DNA of 64,000 bases, from NCBI GenBank assembly GCA_051362555.1, contig CM120640.1:29593967-29657966 (forward strand), given 5' to 3'. Positions 12,601 to 25,096 of this stretch are shown here, piece after piece. The position numbers were made by a program, and so were the translations under genes. Source of the stretch: Lingula anatina (taxonomy: Eukaryota > Animalia > Brachiopoda). The notes beneath the pieces are model-generated. The model had not been told where the DNA came from, searched no databases, and was given only the letters and a program-made list of their open reading frames with translations. Numbering within the stretch: position 1 is the first letter of the stretch; each line of letters opens with the position of its first letter.

Positions 12601-14999
12601 TTATTAGATTTCTCAAATATATCATCCAAAGAAAATACTTTTCATTAGACACAGACAAGTGATCAGTTCATTACAGATTTTTACTGTTGCTAAGCATTAT
12701 TTGTACAAATTTCAGAAATATCTGACAAGATTTGACAAAATTATTAATGTTTAAATATTTTAAGCAATTCGATTTGCCAGTCTTTTTAATGTAATTTTCA
12801 GTTTTCTCAAATATATTGTCTCAAAAAACACTTTTCATTAGACACATTCAACTGATCAGCTTACCTCAGATTCTAAAAGTTATTATATTATTAAAGTTGT
12901 TAATCTTAATTGACCTGATAGGCCCTGTGTTGTTTTCAGAGAATGGCAATAGATACATCCTCACTCTGTCGGACTACTACACTAAGTGGACAGAGACATT
13001 CCCAATTCTTTCTAATAATGCAGCAAGTGTTGCCAAGGTCCTTTCCTCTATAGTTGACGGTTATGTTCATTTCACTGAAATGTAATCTGGAGGATTCATT
13101 GTGAAAGCAGTAAATAATTATACATTTATAATTGTAAGTCAAATATAATTCATTTGAAAGACTATGTATTTAAAAGTAATTTGTATCACTATGCCGTTGA
13201 CATTCTTGCAAGTGACAAGTGTCTGTTTACTCCATCCTAAATAACACATGCTTTTTTTGAAAATGAATAGCTCTGTGCATATGTTATATTGTTAGGTTGA
13301 AGAAAATGTGTGAAAACATTAAATAGGTTGGAAATTTTTTGGATGAATCACATATTTGTCTCATGGATTGGAAATCTGTGGAAGATACTGTAGTACAGAT
13401 GGTAATAATGAAATTAGTTTAATAGGTGGTATTAAACTTAATTAATTCAATACCTGCCACACCTGTCGCTAGACAAATATATGCTTCATACAAAATGTTT
13501 GTTGTTTAACCTATATTTATGTGGTAAAGTTAAAGTGATGTTTTCTTTTTTTCTCAGAATGGGTGCCCCAAAAAAATTGCTGACTGACCAGGGATCGGAA
13601 TTTTGTAATGAGTTAAATGTCTCAAAATTTGTAATATGAATTAAGAATTAGTAAGTCTTTGGCATAAATTGGAAACTGGAAAGGATACAATCACCACCCC
13701 TTTATTTATGCCAAATATGATAAAGGTTTTACGGTGAATATTGGCTTCAATTTTATTGGCATGCCTGTGAATGTGTAACTGATTACCAGTGATATCTATT
13801 TCTGTACTAATCAGTTTAGAGCATGTGTAATATTGGAAGCCTACTCTGCTCAATTATAACCATTTTTATTATCAATGTAAACTGTTTAATACAGTAGAAA
13901 ATGACTAAGGATTATGTTTTTAAATATAATTTTCATACATGGGCAATTCTTTGGAATTGCCCATTTTTTTATATCCCTTTCACAGCCAGTGAAGAACACA
14001 ACACTCCTTTAGTTTCTCCCAGATTTTTATTTCAGCGTCACTGCTCCTACAACTGCTACAGCTACTACTACTGCTCCTCCTATTACTACTACTGAAGGGC
14101 TATGGAAGGCCCTCCTTTATTGTGGTCTCTATACAATGGGATACTTTAGAACTATGTATATACGCTAATGGTTTACATATAGGTGAGCGGCAGAAGGCCA
14201 AAATTTTCAGATTTAGTGTCCCCTTTATACACAGACCTGAATTATATATCATTTGAAAGCTCAGAGTCTGCTGGTCAAAGTTAGCCATGATGTGGAAATG
14301 GCAATTGCCTGCGTAACCATGGAAACGGACAAAATCCAAGATGGCCGCCTGTTTTTTTGCATTTTTTCTAAGAATACAAATCATTGATAAACATAACTAA
14401 AACATTGTGTGTCATATGGCCTTTACATGTTTTGTGATGAGGGAGCTTATGGGCTAAAAAAAACACCATGCCAGAATTTCAAGATGGCCGCCGTTGTTCA
14501 TGAAAAATTGGTCAAATTTTCTCTTTTTGTTCCCAATCTTTACATATAAAATCAAAATTGTAATGTCCACATAGTTATTTTGGTGTGGATTATACAAAGT
14601 AGACATATTATCATTTTTATATGGTATTTGGTTAAATTTGGATGAGGTTAAAGCAGTCAATTTTAAATATTCAACATGGCCGCCCTGAAATGCAAATTTC
14701 CATGAAGTGGGCTTTGCTTCACTTTAATTATTAAATAAATCATTTTTATTACCTAGCTCACACACAAGTTTGTGCTAGATGTTAAATACTACATGATGCC
14801 TCACACAACCTCTTCAAGATGGCCACCATTATCAAAATGTCCGCCTTATGGTGTGTTTTTTTTTACTAATTTGGATTGTTCACATCTAAAAGGATGAAAT
14901 TATTCGCAAAGTATTCTTATATATGTGGTTATGAATAAAAAATAATGAAAGGCTACGTTATATTACTACAACTGTTCACTTACAATAAAAAAATTGGGG

Positions 15000-15004
<5 letters not shown>

Positions 15005-15068
<64 letters not shown>
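15005..15068. repeat. (AT)n microsatellite
   Basis: Perfect AT run of about 32 units. Confidence 0.97.
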
Positions 15069-15072
<4 letters not shown>

Positions 15073-15875
15073 TAATGCATGTTAAAGTTACCAGTGTGAT
15101 ATATGTTGTAAACCTTTGCATCTATTGTCACGATAAAAGATATTCCAGAAAATCTGCAAATATTTAGACAAAAAATTATTTATATTTTTTGATCTGTCAA
15201 ATTTGATGCATTTGCTAATTCTAGGATGTGTGCCATATTAAACATTATTATTATTATCAAGAACTACAGATATTGATCGCATTTTATCCTTTATTCATCT
15301 TAGAAATATCAATCATTAAATGCAAAAAACTTAGTTACAACAAATGCATGCATCTCATTTCTTATAGCATTTCTTTACAGCATACACCATTTTCATTCTT
15401 TACTTTGAACTGTTTAAAAAGATAATAACATGCATTCATAGAGAGATACACATATTACATCAATACCAATATCTGGACAAAGATATACATATTATGAATG
15501 ATTGGAAGTGCATCAATACATATACCCAACTGCAAATCCATGTTGCATTTCTTTGGTCAACATTTATTAAGTTGACTTCTCAACAGAGAAAGAAAAACAT
15601 CAATACATTATTTTTAGCATTTATTACCTCAAAATTTCATCTCTGTACATTACAAATGCCCATATACACTCACACACACACCTTAAAATGCTTGTGCCTG
15701 TGTTACCCATCGCAAACTGAGTATCACTTTCTATATACTCACACACCCCTAGAAACAAGGGCACTCATGCTCTCAGTGTGTTCTTTATCAACTTCTGTAC
15801 ATGCATTCTGATAAAAAAAAGTATATTACACACACTCAAGAATACACAGATACCCTCTCATGAGTGACCTGTCAT

Positions 15876-16570
15876 TCATACACTTTCATCAAAATCATCA
15901 TCATCATCAATATCGTTACATGTCTCCAGGGAATATGGATTCTGGCAGACGTCACTACCTTGGCATGGACAGATTTCTGTACATGGAAGGCCACTGTGAT
16001 AACATGAACAGTTGTTACAGTTGCTCCTGAGAGTACAAGAGCATACCATTTCCCTGAGCAATTCAGACGCCATTATCCCTTTAAAGTAAACAGGTACTAA
16101 CTTGTCGTCTTCCCTTTCCCACCCATGCTGAAGTGGAGATCCAAGATGTGGATTTGCGACATGCGAGTTGCACCAGATCTTTGTTTGCCAATGAGCTCTC
16201 CTCGCATGTTCAATGAAACTGGCTTCACATGGAGGCAGTTTGGCAATTGCCTGGTCTTTCCTGTTGGCAATTTTAAAGCGTAGTTGATTAAGATCCTTGT
16301 GTGATGATATGTCCTTCTCTCCTGGATCATATAGAAGAGCCACCAATTTTCGTGCTGCATCAATGGCACCATCTTCTGGGAATTTTCCAATCCTTTCAAG
16401 GTCTTGGAAACTCCCTGGTCCTTTCCTTTGAATTACCTTCAAGACTCCTTTCTTGCCAATTCCAAAGAAGGAAGAAGTAGAGTCGCACCCAGTAACGGCA
16501 TGGACAGCAGGGAGAATCTTGCATAACTGTGGACCAAGGGATGAGCAAAGTGTGTGTACTGGTAATAGGG
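15876..16570 (-). pseudogene. C-terminal fragment of an Academ-type transposase (XPG-like H3TH region plus Cys-rich/CXC zinc finger)
   Basis: LPVHTLC..LG...HAVTGCDSTSSFFGIGKK, LPPCEASFIEHARRAHWQTKIW, PLQHGWE and CSC..C..CSC..GLPCTEICPC..CQN. The N-terminal transposase region is missing because the element end lies only ~150 bp upstream. Confidence 0.8.
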
Positions 16571-19199
16571 TCAGTACATGCAATACAAAAGTGACTATTA
16601 GTGATGTGTACATGGAATAAAGCAGTCAGACGGAGACAGATGTCTGAAGCTTGCAAGGCTGAGGTGAGATGGACATGTAAGATCTCAGAGTTATAACTTT
16701 TCATACTAGGAGTGCCACACTATTAAATTGTCTTATTGAGTTATGATATCCCTATAACCATGGAGTGGACTGAACAACTTTCAAGGAGGGCAGCAATTGT
16801 CCATGAAAAGTCTTACTCTTTGCATCAATAGAAGCAAATATTTGGAAAGATGTGCATAACGTCTCCCAGTGCAAAAATTGAATTGACGAAATACATATTT
16901 ACCCATTTTAACATCAAATATTTTATTTCTGTAGCTGTTAGATGACCTTCTGAAAGAGTGGGGAATCAAACACAAGATTACAGCTGTGCACCACCCACAG
17001 ACAAATGAGTTAGATGAGCGGTTTTACCAAACACTCAAAGTGTCACTCTCAAAAGTCACTAATGAGAGGTAGAATGACTGTGAAAGGTATATCTGGAGCA
17101 GTGACCTTTGCATATCGTACAGCACAAAACTGCGCCACTGGATACTGTTCTTTTTTCCTGATGTTCAACAGGGAGGCTCGGCTGCCATGCAAGGTAAATA
17201 AATAGTATGCATACAGATGCATTATGCAAGAACACTGTCCTTGTGAGCTTGTTGGTGTCCTATATTTGTTCCAAAACATCATTTGAGCAGACTAAGGCCT
17301 GAGCTATGTTCAAATCATGGCATGATAACAAGGCATATTAAGATAGCAGACCCAAAAGTAATTACTTTGGGAATATGGGGGTTTATAAGGGTAATTTACT
17401 CCTAATATTTTATACTCTAAAAAATAGCATTTTTAGGTGTATATTCTGGCCAGACTTTAAGGACTGTTGATTATATTTTGGCATAAAAAACAGCCCAAGG
17501 CCCCTTAAATATAAAATGCATTTTGCTTTTATGATCATAGGGATGATGATTCTTGATCTTGTCTACCATTGCATTGCTGGCATATTATGTACAAATGAAA
17601 TTCTTATATTTCATCAAAACAATAATGAGTGTATTGGCACCTTAAGATGTGGATTAATTAATAAACATAATTGATTTTGTTCATTTTTGATCATTAATTT
17701 CTGATTTTGCAGTTGAGGTACATAGAGAAAGAAGTGACAATGCCCAGCAAAGAAGACTGTAATGTGCAGATGGAATTCCAACACCAGCAACTTACTGAGT
17801 TACACGCTAAGATATGCATGTGGGACTTACATGTTCAACTTCCTCTGAATATGCTATTAATTTCTCAAGTTTTTTTTTTTTTTTATTTTGGTCCATGCAA
17901 GATTAAAGAGTAGCCCCTTACATTGAGCAATATTTGGTTTCACACAAGTTCTATAGAAAAAAAGATGTCACACGTAATCTGTTCATAAAAATATTGCAAC
18001 ATTTAGAAAAATTTGTAAAAATGTGTCAACAGAATAGTGATGGCAGCAGGTGCAGTATTGTAATTTCTGGGGCTAACTTCATTTATCCTGCTGGCTTTGT
18101 GCACAGTATAAGTTTTTATGGCAAAAACTTGAACTTTGCTTCTCCCATTTATACTGAAACATACCCTATTTAATTCAATTTCTATAAACTATATATTTTC
18201 AGTACAAGAAGAAAGTTGAAAAGTCTCAAGCAAAGTACAAGAGATAGTATGAGGCAAAGAAAGGAAAGAATGTAGTAGTATTTCAATTAGAAAGTGGAAT
18301 GAAAGTTCTGAAGAAATAACTTTCTTAAGGCTGGGTGGCAGACAGTTTGGATCAGTGTTAAAGTCAAACTTTGTAAGATATGTCTTCTGAACAGTAATAT
18401 GTGCATTCAGCCATTTGCATTGTGGTTCCAGTATCTACTTTATATCTGCTTAGAGGCCTATCATAGAGGCCTATCATATACTAGCTATAATTGATACAAT
18501 TACTGCAAATATATCCAATTCAGCACATGCTTATCTGTATATTTATGACCTTGATGAAGTGTAAATGTCGAAAGGAATTTGTTTATGAAATGGATTTGAA
18601 TACTTTTTATTAATCATACCAGTGCAAAGGATATTATGGACAATATATTTGAGGTGTTGGATATAAACTATAAACCACTGCTGTTTAGAAATCTTTTGAG
18701 ACTGATCACTGTACCAAGGACAGCATAAACAAAGACTGAATATAACAAACCACTAGTATCAAAGGACTGAAACATTTCCTTTGATCTTACTTAGTTTACA
18801 CTAGCAGGTGGGAAAGGCAGTTTGCATCAGTAGGTTTTCAAATTTGTTTGATATTAATTGGATGTTATCTGTTTGTACCCTATGATTGCTTGTGTTCAAT
18901 TTAATTGTAAATTGCATATATTGTTCATTCCAACTACATGTAATTCTAATGAATAGACATTGTTTTTGTACTGTGTTTCACAATAAATCTTTGTAAATTA
19001 ACCATTTTTTCAATCTTGGAATGTTCTTTGTTTGTGTAACATTGTAGTAACAATCAAGTACCTGATAAACATAGCAGTAATTGTCATCTGACAAGTCATA
19101 AGCATATTTTACATAAAAATTTAATACCTAAGATCTACTATGACAGACGATACATACATTAGTAAGGTGTAGTCAAGGGCTAATTTTGGCAGGTGGCAT

Positions 19200-19830
19200 T
19201 GTCTATCTATTTTTGCAGCTCATTTTTATATACAGACACTGTAAATGTCTGTATATATTCTGATTGGTCTGTTTGTTTGTGCCGTCGTTGTTGCTGAAGT
19301 TCACCCCATAACTTTCAAACTGTATTTTTGTTTTACTTTTAATTAACCGAGTGGCTTTTTTGGTAAAGAGGCAGGTTGCTTTTGAAAATCCCCATGGTTG
19401 GTTTACATTTATGATAATTATTCTGTTTTTTTTTTTTTTTTTTTTTTTGCACAGTTTATGTGGCATTCAACCCATAATTCTTGAAGCGTATTTTTGTTTT
19501 ACTTTTATTTCACTGAGTGGCTTTGTTTGGTAAAGAGACAGGTTGGTTTGGAAAATCAGCATGATTGGTTTAAATTTACGGTAATTATTCTGTTTTTTTT
19601 TTTTTTTTAATTTTTTTGCACAATTTTTGTGATGTTTGCCCCATAACTGCCGTACTGTATTTTTGTTTCACTCTAGATGTAGTGAGTGGCTTTGTTGGGT
19701 AAAGAGCCAGGTTACTTTGAAAATAGCCAAGATATGTTTACATTTATGGTAATTATTTTTTTTTTTTTGTGTGAATTTTTTTATTTTTCACATATTAGCA
19801 TTTTCAGTGGCTTTTATATCCCATGGAACT
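19200..19830. repeat. ~167-bp tandem repeat (about 3.3 copies), Helentron/HINE-like internal array
   Basis: CCCATAA..TATTTTTGTTT..GAGTGGCTTT..GGTAAAGAG..CAGGTT recurs at ~19304, 19471 and 19640. It is preceded by a GTCTGTTTGTTTGT/GTCGTTGTT micro-repeat. The Helentron assignment is inference. Confidence 0.65.
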
Positions 19831-20965
19831 GAATCATTTGGTAGCTTTTCAATGTCCCTGTTACCTGTAGTAAATAATGTAAGAGGGTAAGAGTGATTAT
19901 GCTGCTTTTAAGTATTATGTAGCAGTGCATCAAAATTGGCCAAAACATTATTTGGTGCACTTTTTTTTCTGTGTAGTGTCTGAACGTTTGTCAGCTTTGC
20001 TGCCTTGTTTGCTGTATGGTGTCTGTATATTTGCCAGCTTTGCTGTCTAGTTTAATAGAAATGACCAATATTATATGATCTGCTTACTTAAACCTGGAAG
20101 TAAAACTGATCTGACAATAAATTATGGTCATATTTTACATGTAACTTAAATAATGAATTACGATCTACCATGGTTACTTTGTTCAAGAACTAATTTTGGC
20201 AGGTGGCATTCCTATTTTTAGCTCGTTTTTGAAGAGAAATCAGCATTAATATATGATCTTCTGACTTGAACCTAGAAGTAAAATTGATCTGACAATACGC
20301 CATAGCCATATTTTACATATAAATAAAATACTGTAGTAACTAAGGTCTACCGAGACAGACGCTTGTAGACTGCTTCTACTTCTGTTTTAGCAAAACAACT
20401 TTAAATTTTGGGTTTTCATATCAAAATATCAAACCACGAATTTGGAGGAAAAGCTGGAAGACCTCCTCCTTATATAGAGAGGTAAAAATGCAAAGCAAAT
20501 ATAACCTAAAATCATTAAGCTCTGAAATGAAAAGGTGTTTGGAGATTATGATTAAAAAGGAAGTCACCTAAAAGTTAGCATTTTCCAGGAACGCGTTAGC
20601 AGCGGCATTTAACAAAACTGGCAAGGTGAACTTGAGGAGACGTCTGAGCTAAGAAACTGTAATTCATTAAAATGCATTCACAAAGAAAAATAGCTGGATG
20701 TAATGGATGATGAAAACAAAAACTCATAGTCGTTTTCGCGTTTGTGCATATAAACTTTACATTCATACAGATTGATACATAAACATTTATCCTCACTGGT
20801 GTCACAATGAAATTCAGACAAACAAGAACGTCTTTGCTGCGCCGTTTATATCCGAGGGCCGAGACACCACTCAATTGATGCACAGTTCCATGCGCGTAAT
20901 TTTTCGTCGACCCGCCCTCCTGCGTTATTGTTACTTTCTCAGTGGTTGCCCTCACTCCTCACTAA

Positions 20966-21260
20966 GGCCCCATTCAAAACAGATGATCCGAGTACTAACT
21001 GATCCGCCGACTTAATATGGCCGACAACTCTTCAAAAGAGGTGCCGCTGTTTCTGGATGGTCTCCCCGCCTCCACATGCGCCGTCGCTGCAGGGGCCTAG
21101 CAATTAAACCTCGGAGCCAAGATTTGATCCATTTCATGGCGCTTGTGGAGGCGGGGAGGTCATTAGGAATCAGCGACATCTCTAGAACTTTTGAAGTGTG
21201 GTCAGCCATATTTAGTCGGCGGTTCAGATAGTACTGGGATCATATATTCTGAATGGCGCC
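20966..21260. mobile_element. MITE with ~58-bp imperfect TIRs, PIF/Harbinger-like
   Basis: Left end GGCCCCATTCAAAACAGATGATCCGAGTACTAACTGATCCGCCGACTTAATATGGC versus reverse complement of right end GGCGCCATTCAGAATATATGATCCCAGTACTATCTGAACCGCCGACTAAATATGGC. Flanks are TAA and TTA. Confidence 0.8.
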
Positions 21261-23583
21261 TTATATTCTGCCTCCTAGGCACTCTGTTGATTTGGTAATC
21301 GTTTGGTCAAGTTGAGAGTGCAAAATTTTTATGTCTATGGTTTTGTGCCTTGTAATTCTTCTAGTCTTAAAACAGTCTCATTCATGTTTTTATTGGAAAT
21401 AACCTCATTCATTTGGGATGAAAGTCTATAGGCAAAACAAAATGGCTTGTTTGTATAATAACCTGACGGTAGCGTTTTAGATTGAGGGAAAACAACAATG
21501 TGTCTTCTCTAACACAATCCCACGACAGTGGTACTATTATGTAACCAGGTGAGCATTTGGTGAGAGGTATTCAGAAAGGGCCAAGGTCAGGAGGAGAGGA
21601 AGAAGCTTTATATGCCACATTGTCACAATTTCCACACGTAAACTGAAATTTTGGCACTGAGAACTGATGTAGTTTGTTGTAAGTACGGTATAGATGGCAT
21701 AAGGCAACACTGATCGGTTTATGTTGACGATATTTTGTCAAAAAGTATGCATTTCCCACTTCAGGGGTAATTGTTCTTGGGTATATTTCATTGACACGAA
21801 TGCCGAAATGAGCTTGAAAAGTTAAATAGCTTTTTATGTTGCCTTTTCCAGAAGGAAAGTGTTTGCTCATAAAGAAGTGAAAAGATTATCCCAGCCGTCC
21901 AAAGGTCTGAACGCGTTATTCCGTCTTAAACAAAGCAAGGCGACAAAGCAGGTAACTATCGGTGCATTCTCAGCTCCCAATGGGTGCCTTTTTTTATCTT
22001 ACGACAGCGGTTTGTACAAAATTATCCTGTTTGTTAAAGTAAACTGACAACAAACCAGTGGTTTTCTAGAGAACTAACCTCGACCAGGAAAGCAAACGTA
22101 CATTTGCTAGACACTGTCGACCTCCCTTGACTTCAATTTTCATGATTCAATTTCATTCCATCCTTGATTTTACAATCGGGAATAAAATGCTCGAACAAAG
22201 TATCTGATTTTAAAAGAAATAAAGCTAAAATTCTAGTGTTCGGATTACAAAATTAATTAAGTGGCTGAATTGAAATCAAGTAATTGGTAAAATCATTCTT
22301 TTTCTGTCTATAAAAGCGAAGTGGTTTTAATAAGCACATGTAGCAATAAAATGCTGAATTTATGTCAGACTACTCACACAATAAGCAATATAATGCATAA
22401 ATAAAACAAGACAAAAACCAAACACTTTCTGCATCCTTGTGCCCTATAAACAACATGTTAATTGTCATTGACCAGTGTTTTATGTTATCCTACGGAACCG
22501 AAACAATTTTATATTACTACATTGTAACCCTGATCCCCGCATTTACAAAATCCAGAGTTATCTTTATCAAAAATAGGCTTTCTGTAAAATGTTTACATTT
22601 ATCTACTTTTAATTCCGCAAATATATAAAGTCCAAACACTGATATCTTTTGTAATAGTTGGTATACAGAGCAGCGTGATTGTACGGCCGGTTTTCTGTTT
22701 TCATGATAAAATTATCTATGTGGGCAAATATGCAGTCTCCATCACAATACTCCTTGTGGAGGGATATGGCTTAGCAAAGATGGATTAATATAAATATTAG
22801 TATGTTGACGTGTAACAGTGTGTAGAGGGTATGCAATAGTAATGATGTCATTGTATAGAACGTGTAGGTTCAATATACCGAGGATATATCTATTCTTATA
22901 TATATAATATGACTTTTATATCTCTTAATACATACCAAAAAGGGTCGGTATGAAGATTGTATTTCACTAGATATTTTTTCTCTCACATGGATTTTGTTTA
23001 ATTTATTTCATTTTTCATTTAATTTCAGTGTCTCGTAACAACCGTCTAAGTTGAGATTGGACGCACTCCCAGAAATGACGTCAGATTCGTGTTCGCCAGC
23101 GCCCGCACCCATGTCAACGTTGTCTTGCGTTTGTCGTATAGTCAACTTGCAGGGCTGACATTTGATTTGGTTTGAAATGCAATGTTTGCTTTGGGTTGTA
23201 ATTTTCTGCATCAAAACGTGTATCGAATGAAGTGCAGCGTGCAACAAATGTTTTATTCATGAAACTTCTAATAAAATGGACTAAATCCAAGCGTCAACCC
23301 TGCACGTCGCTCGCTTATTATTATACATGTGTAAATAAGTTGTAGTACAGTACTCTATCCGCACACGATGTTTTCATTGTGATTTATTTATTTTTTGTTC
23401 ATGCCCACCAGTTCACGAACCTGAAACGACACTTTTAAAGTTATCCTTAAACAAAAAATGATTTGCTTAAGTGATCTATGAAAATAAAATTTATTGTTGT
23501 AAAATTATCATCAAGTGATGTGCAGGTAGAGCACTGTGCTAGTACTACCGGTTTAATATTTCATTGTAAAATTTTGTGTGACT

Positions 23584-24062
23584 CAGGGCCGTAGTCTGAG
23601 CAAAATGCCGGGGGGGGGGGGGGGACAGTAAGCGGACACAATGGGGCGAAGCCCCCAAGGGGGGAGGGTGTGTGTGTGTGTGTGTGTGGTGGTGGTGGTG
23701 GGGGGGGGGTCCCCCTCCCACGGTGTGGAAATTTTTTTAAAACTGTATGTATAATACTGAATTCTGGTGCATTTTAACTATTGCTAAATCAGAAGTCAGA
23801 AATTGTGGGTTCATTTTGCCATAGGTACAGTCATTTTTTCAACACAACATGCCAATTGTACTTCATTTCGTAGATTGTCTAAAAACAGTACACCATTGTA
23901 AACAGATTGTTGAATGATTGTCTAGTGGCCATGAGCGCATTTTCTCACAGAATTGATACCAACTTTGCAATTATTTTTATTCACCTTTGCGATTATTTTT
24001 TGCACCTCAAATCCCAGGGGGGGGCAACTGCCCCCCCTGCCCCCCCGGAGGCTACGGCCCTG
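23584..24062. mobile_element. hAT-like MITE
   Basis: TIRs CAGGGCCGTAG and CTACGGCCCTG, with G/C-rich subterminal hairpins. The TSD is only partly preserved. Confidence 0.75.
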
Positions 24063-24667
24063 TGTGTGGGCAACTAGGTAAGAAGACACGAAAATGCACG
24101 TTTATTCATATTAAATTGGATACAAATATTGATTTTAATGAAGCTAACTTTAGAAAAAAATAGTCGCAACTTCATTACGTAAAATGCATACAGGCATTTT
24201 ATTATGGGTTCAATGAAAAAATCTACAATAAATTGTAAACGTTGTGATCCAAATTATGCAATTAAGAATTAACGGCAGTATAAAATTGTAAAATGTGCTC
24301 AAGTTTTGTTAGAATTGCCCACACGTATTAAAACGTCTTTATAGGGTCTTTCTAGAAATGTGAATATGCGGTTGTGACGCATGGTAAGAATAAACTTCTT
24401 TTGGATCCCGGTGTTTTGATATACTAGTAGTATGTTTGCTCAGTGATAGACCCATAGTTTTATTGCTGGGAGGGGGTAAAGATGTTTTTGTTTTCAGAAA
24501 ATCAAACCAGGGGTCGAGTTAGTTTTTTCTTTCGAAATTGATAAGTTTTTGTTATTAAAAAAGGACAATTAACTTTTACCTTCATTACATAGCGGAACTG
24601 TTCACAAAGAGAAACGGTGAATAGTAGGAAGTGTTTCCTTTGCGTCTTTTGTCAATTAAAATGTATA

Positions 24668-25096
24668 TGTAGGACTGGCATTTATCGCATCTTTTACAAC
24701 TTGAAATTTTGAAAAATCTTTATCAAACTCGTATCAAAAACTACAAGCTCTGTTTTGGGGGTAATGGGTATTTCCTAGTAATTAAACGAACTTTTGTAGA
24801 CTCAACTTTTGTCAATCCTCTAAAACATGATTTTTTTTTCTGTTAATTGCCAATTTACTGACTTATCGTCTAAAAATCTTTTCTTTTGTGATTTTTTTGT
24901 CTAATCAAATATGAAAAATCAAAATACTATCAGAAAAATGACACTTTGATTGGCTAGAGTAAGTTTTACACAAAATTGGAAAGTCAGCGTTTTATTTAAT
25001 GTTGATCTTGTACTTGGCACATTATTAATTCTATAATTCAGTCGGGATCAAGGGGTGATTGAGAACAAAAGGCCTGATAAGGTGCCAGTCCTGCAC
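24668..25096. mobile_element. Non-autonomous DNA element with short TIRs
   Basis: ATGTAGGACTGGCATTTATC at the left end versus GATAAGGTGCCAGTCCTGCAC at the right end. Confidence 0.55.

Larger units (their letters stand above)
1..12875. repeat. Satellite array with ~193-bp monomer (about 55 copies) in higher-order repeats of 4-9 monomers plus a ~240-380-bp spacer; runs off the left window edge
   Basis: Motif CTGATCAGCTTATC recurs at 98, 290, 483, 676, 869, 1062 (period 192-193). Spacer marker CATCTTGCAGAGG recurs at 1, 1398, 3371, 5484, 7406, 9324, 11244. Identical spurious 88-aa ORFs at 4530, 6643 and 10482 give 2113-bp and 3839-bp periods. Confidence 0.97.
14118..16722 (-). mobile_element. 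Internally deleted Academ (AcademX-type) DNA transposon nested in a Ginger intron
   Basis: Imperfect inverted termini TATTGTGG (14118) and CCACACTA (16722, reverse complement TAGTGTGG). It encloses the XPG/Cys-rich ORF. The homologous intron in the second Ginger copy (~59040) lacks this block. No clean TSD was seen. Confidence 0.68.
12922..18370 (+). pseudogene. Intron-containing Gypsy-like integrase/transposase pseudogene (Ginger1/GIN type); exons ~12922-13059, 13558-13612, 16935-17193, 17713-17811, 18203-~18370
   Basis: Spliced translation: (IDLI)GPVLFSENGNRYILTLSDYYTKWTETFPI..AASVAKVL / MGAPKKLLTDQGSEFCNE / LLDDLLKEWGIKHKITAVHHPQTNELDERFYQTLK...AVTFAYRTAQNCATGYCSFFLMFNREARLP / ... / VEKSQAKYKR*YEAKK...FQLESGMKVLKK. 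D(TDQG) to E(DER) spacing is 35. AG acceptors are intact and two donors are mutated. It carries stops and frameshifts and has no RT or RNase H. Confidence 0.88.

Noticed and set aside
16570-16613. Hydrophobic N-terminus of the 245-aa ORF as a signal peptide
   Set aside because: It lies at the internal-deletion junction in the element's terminal non-coding DNA; recognisable homology starts at LPVH.
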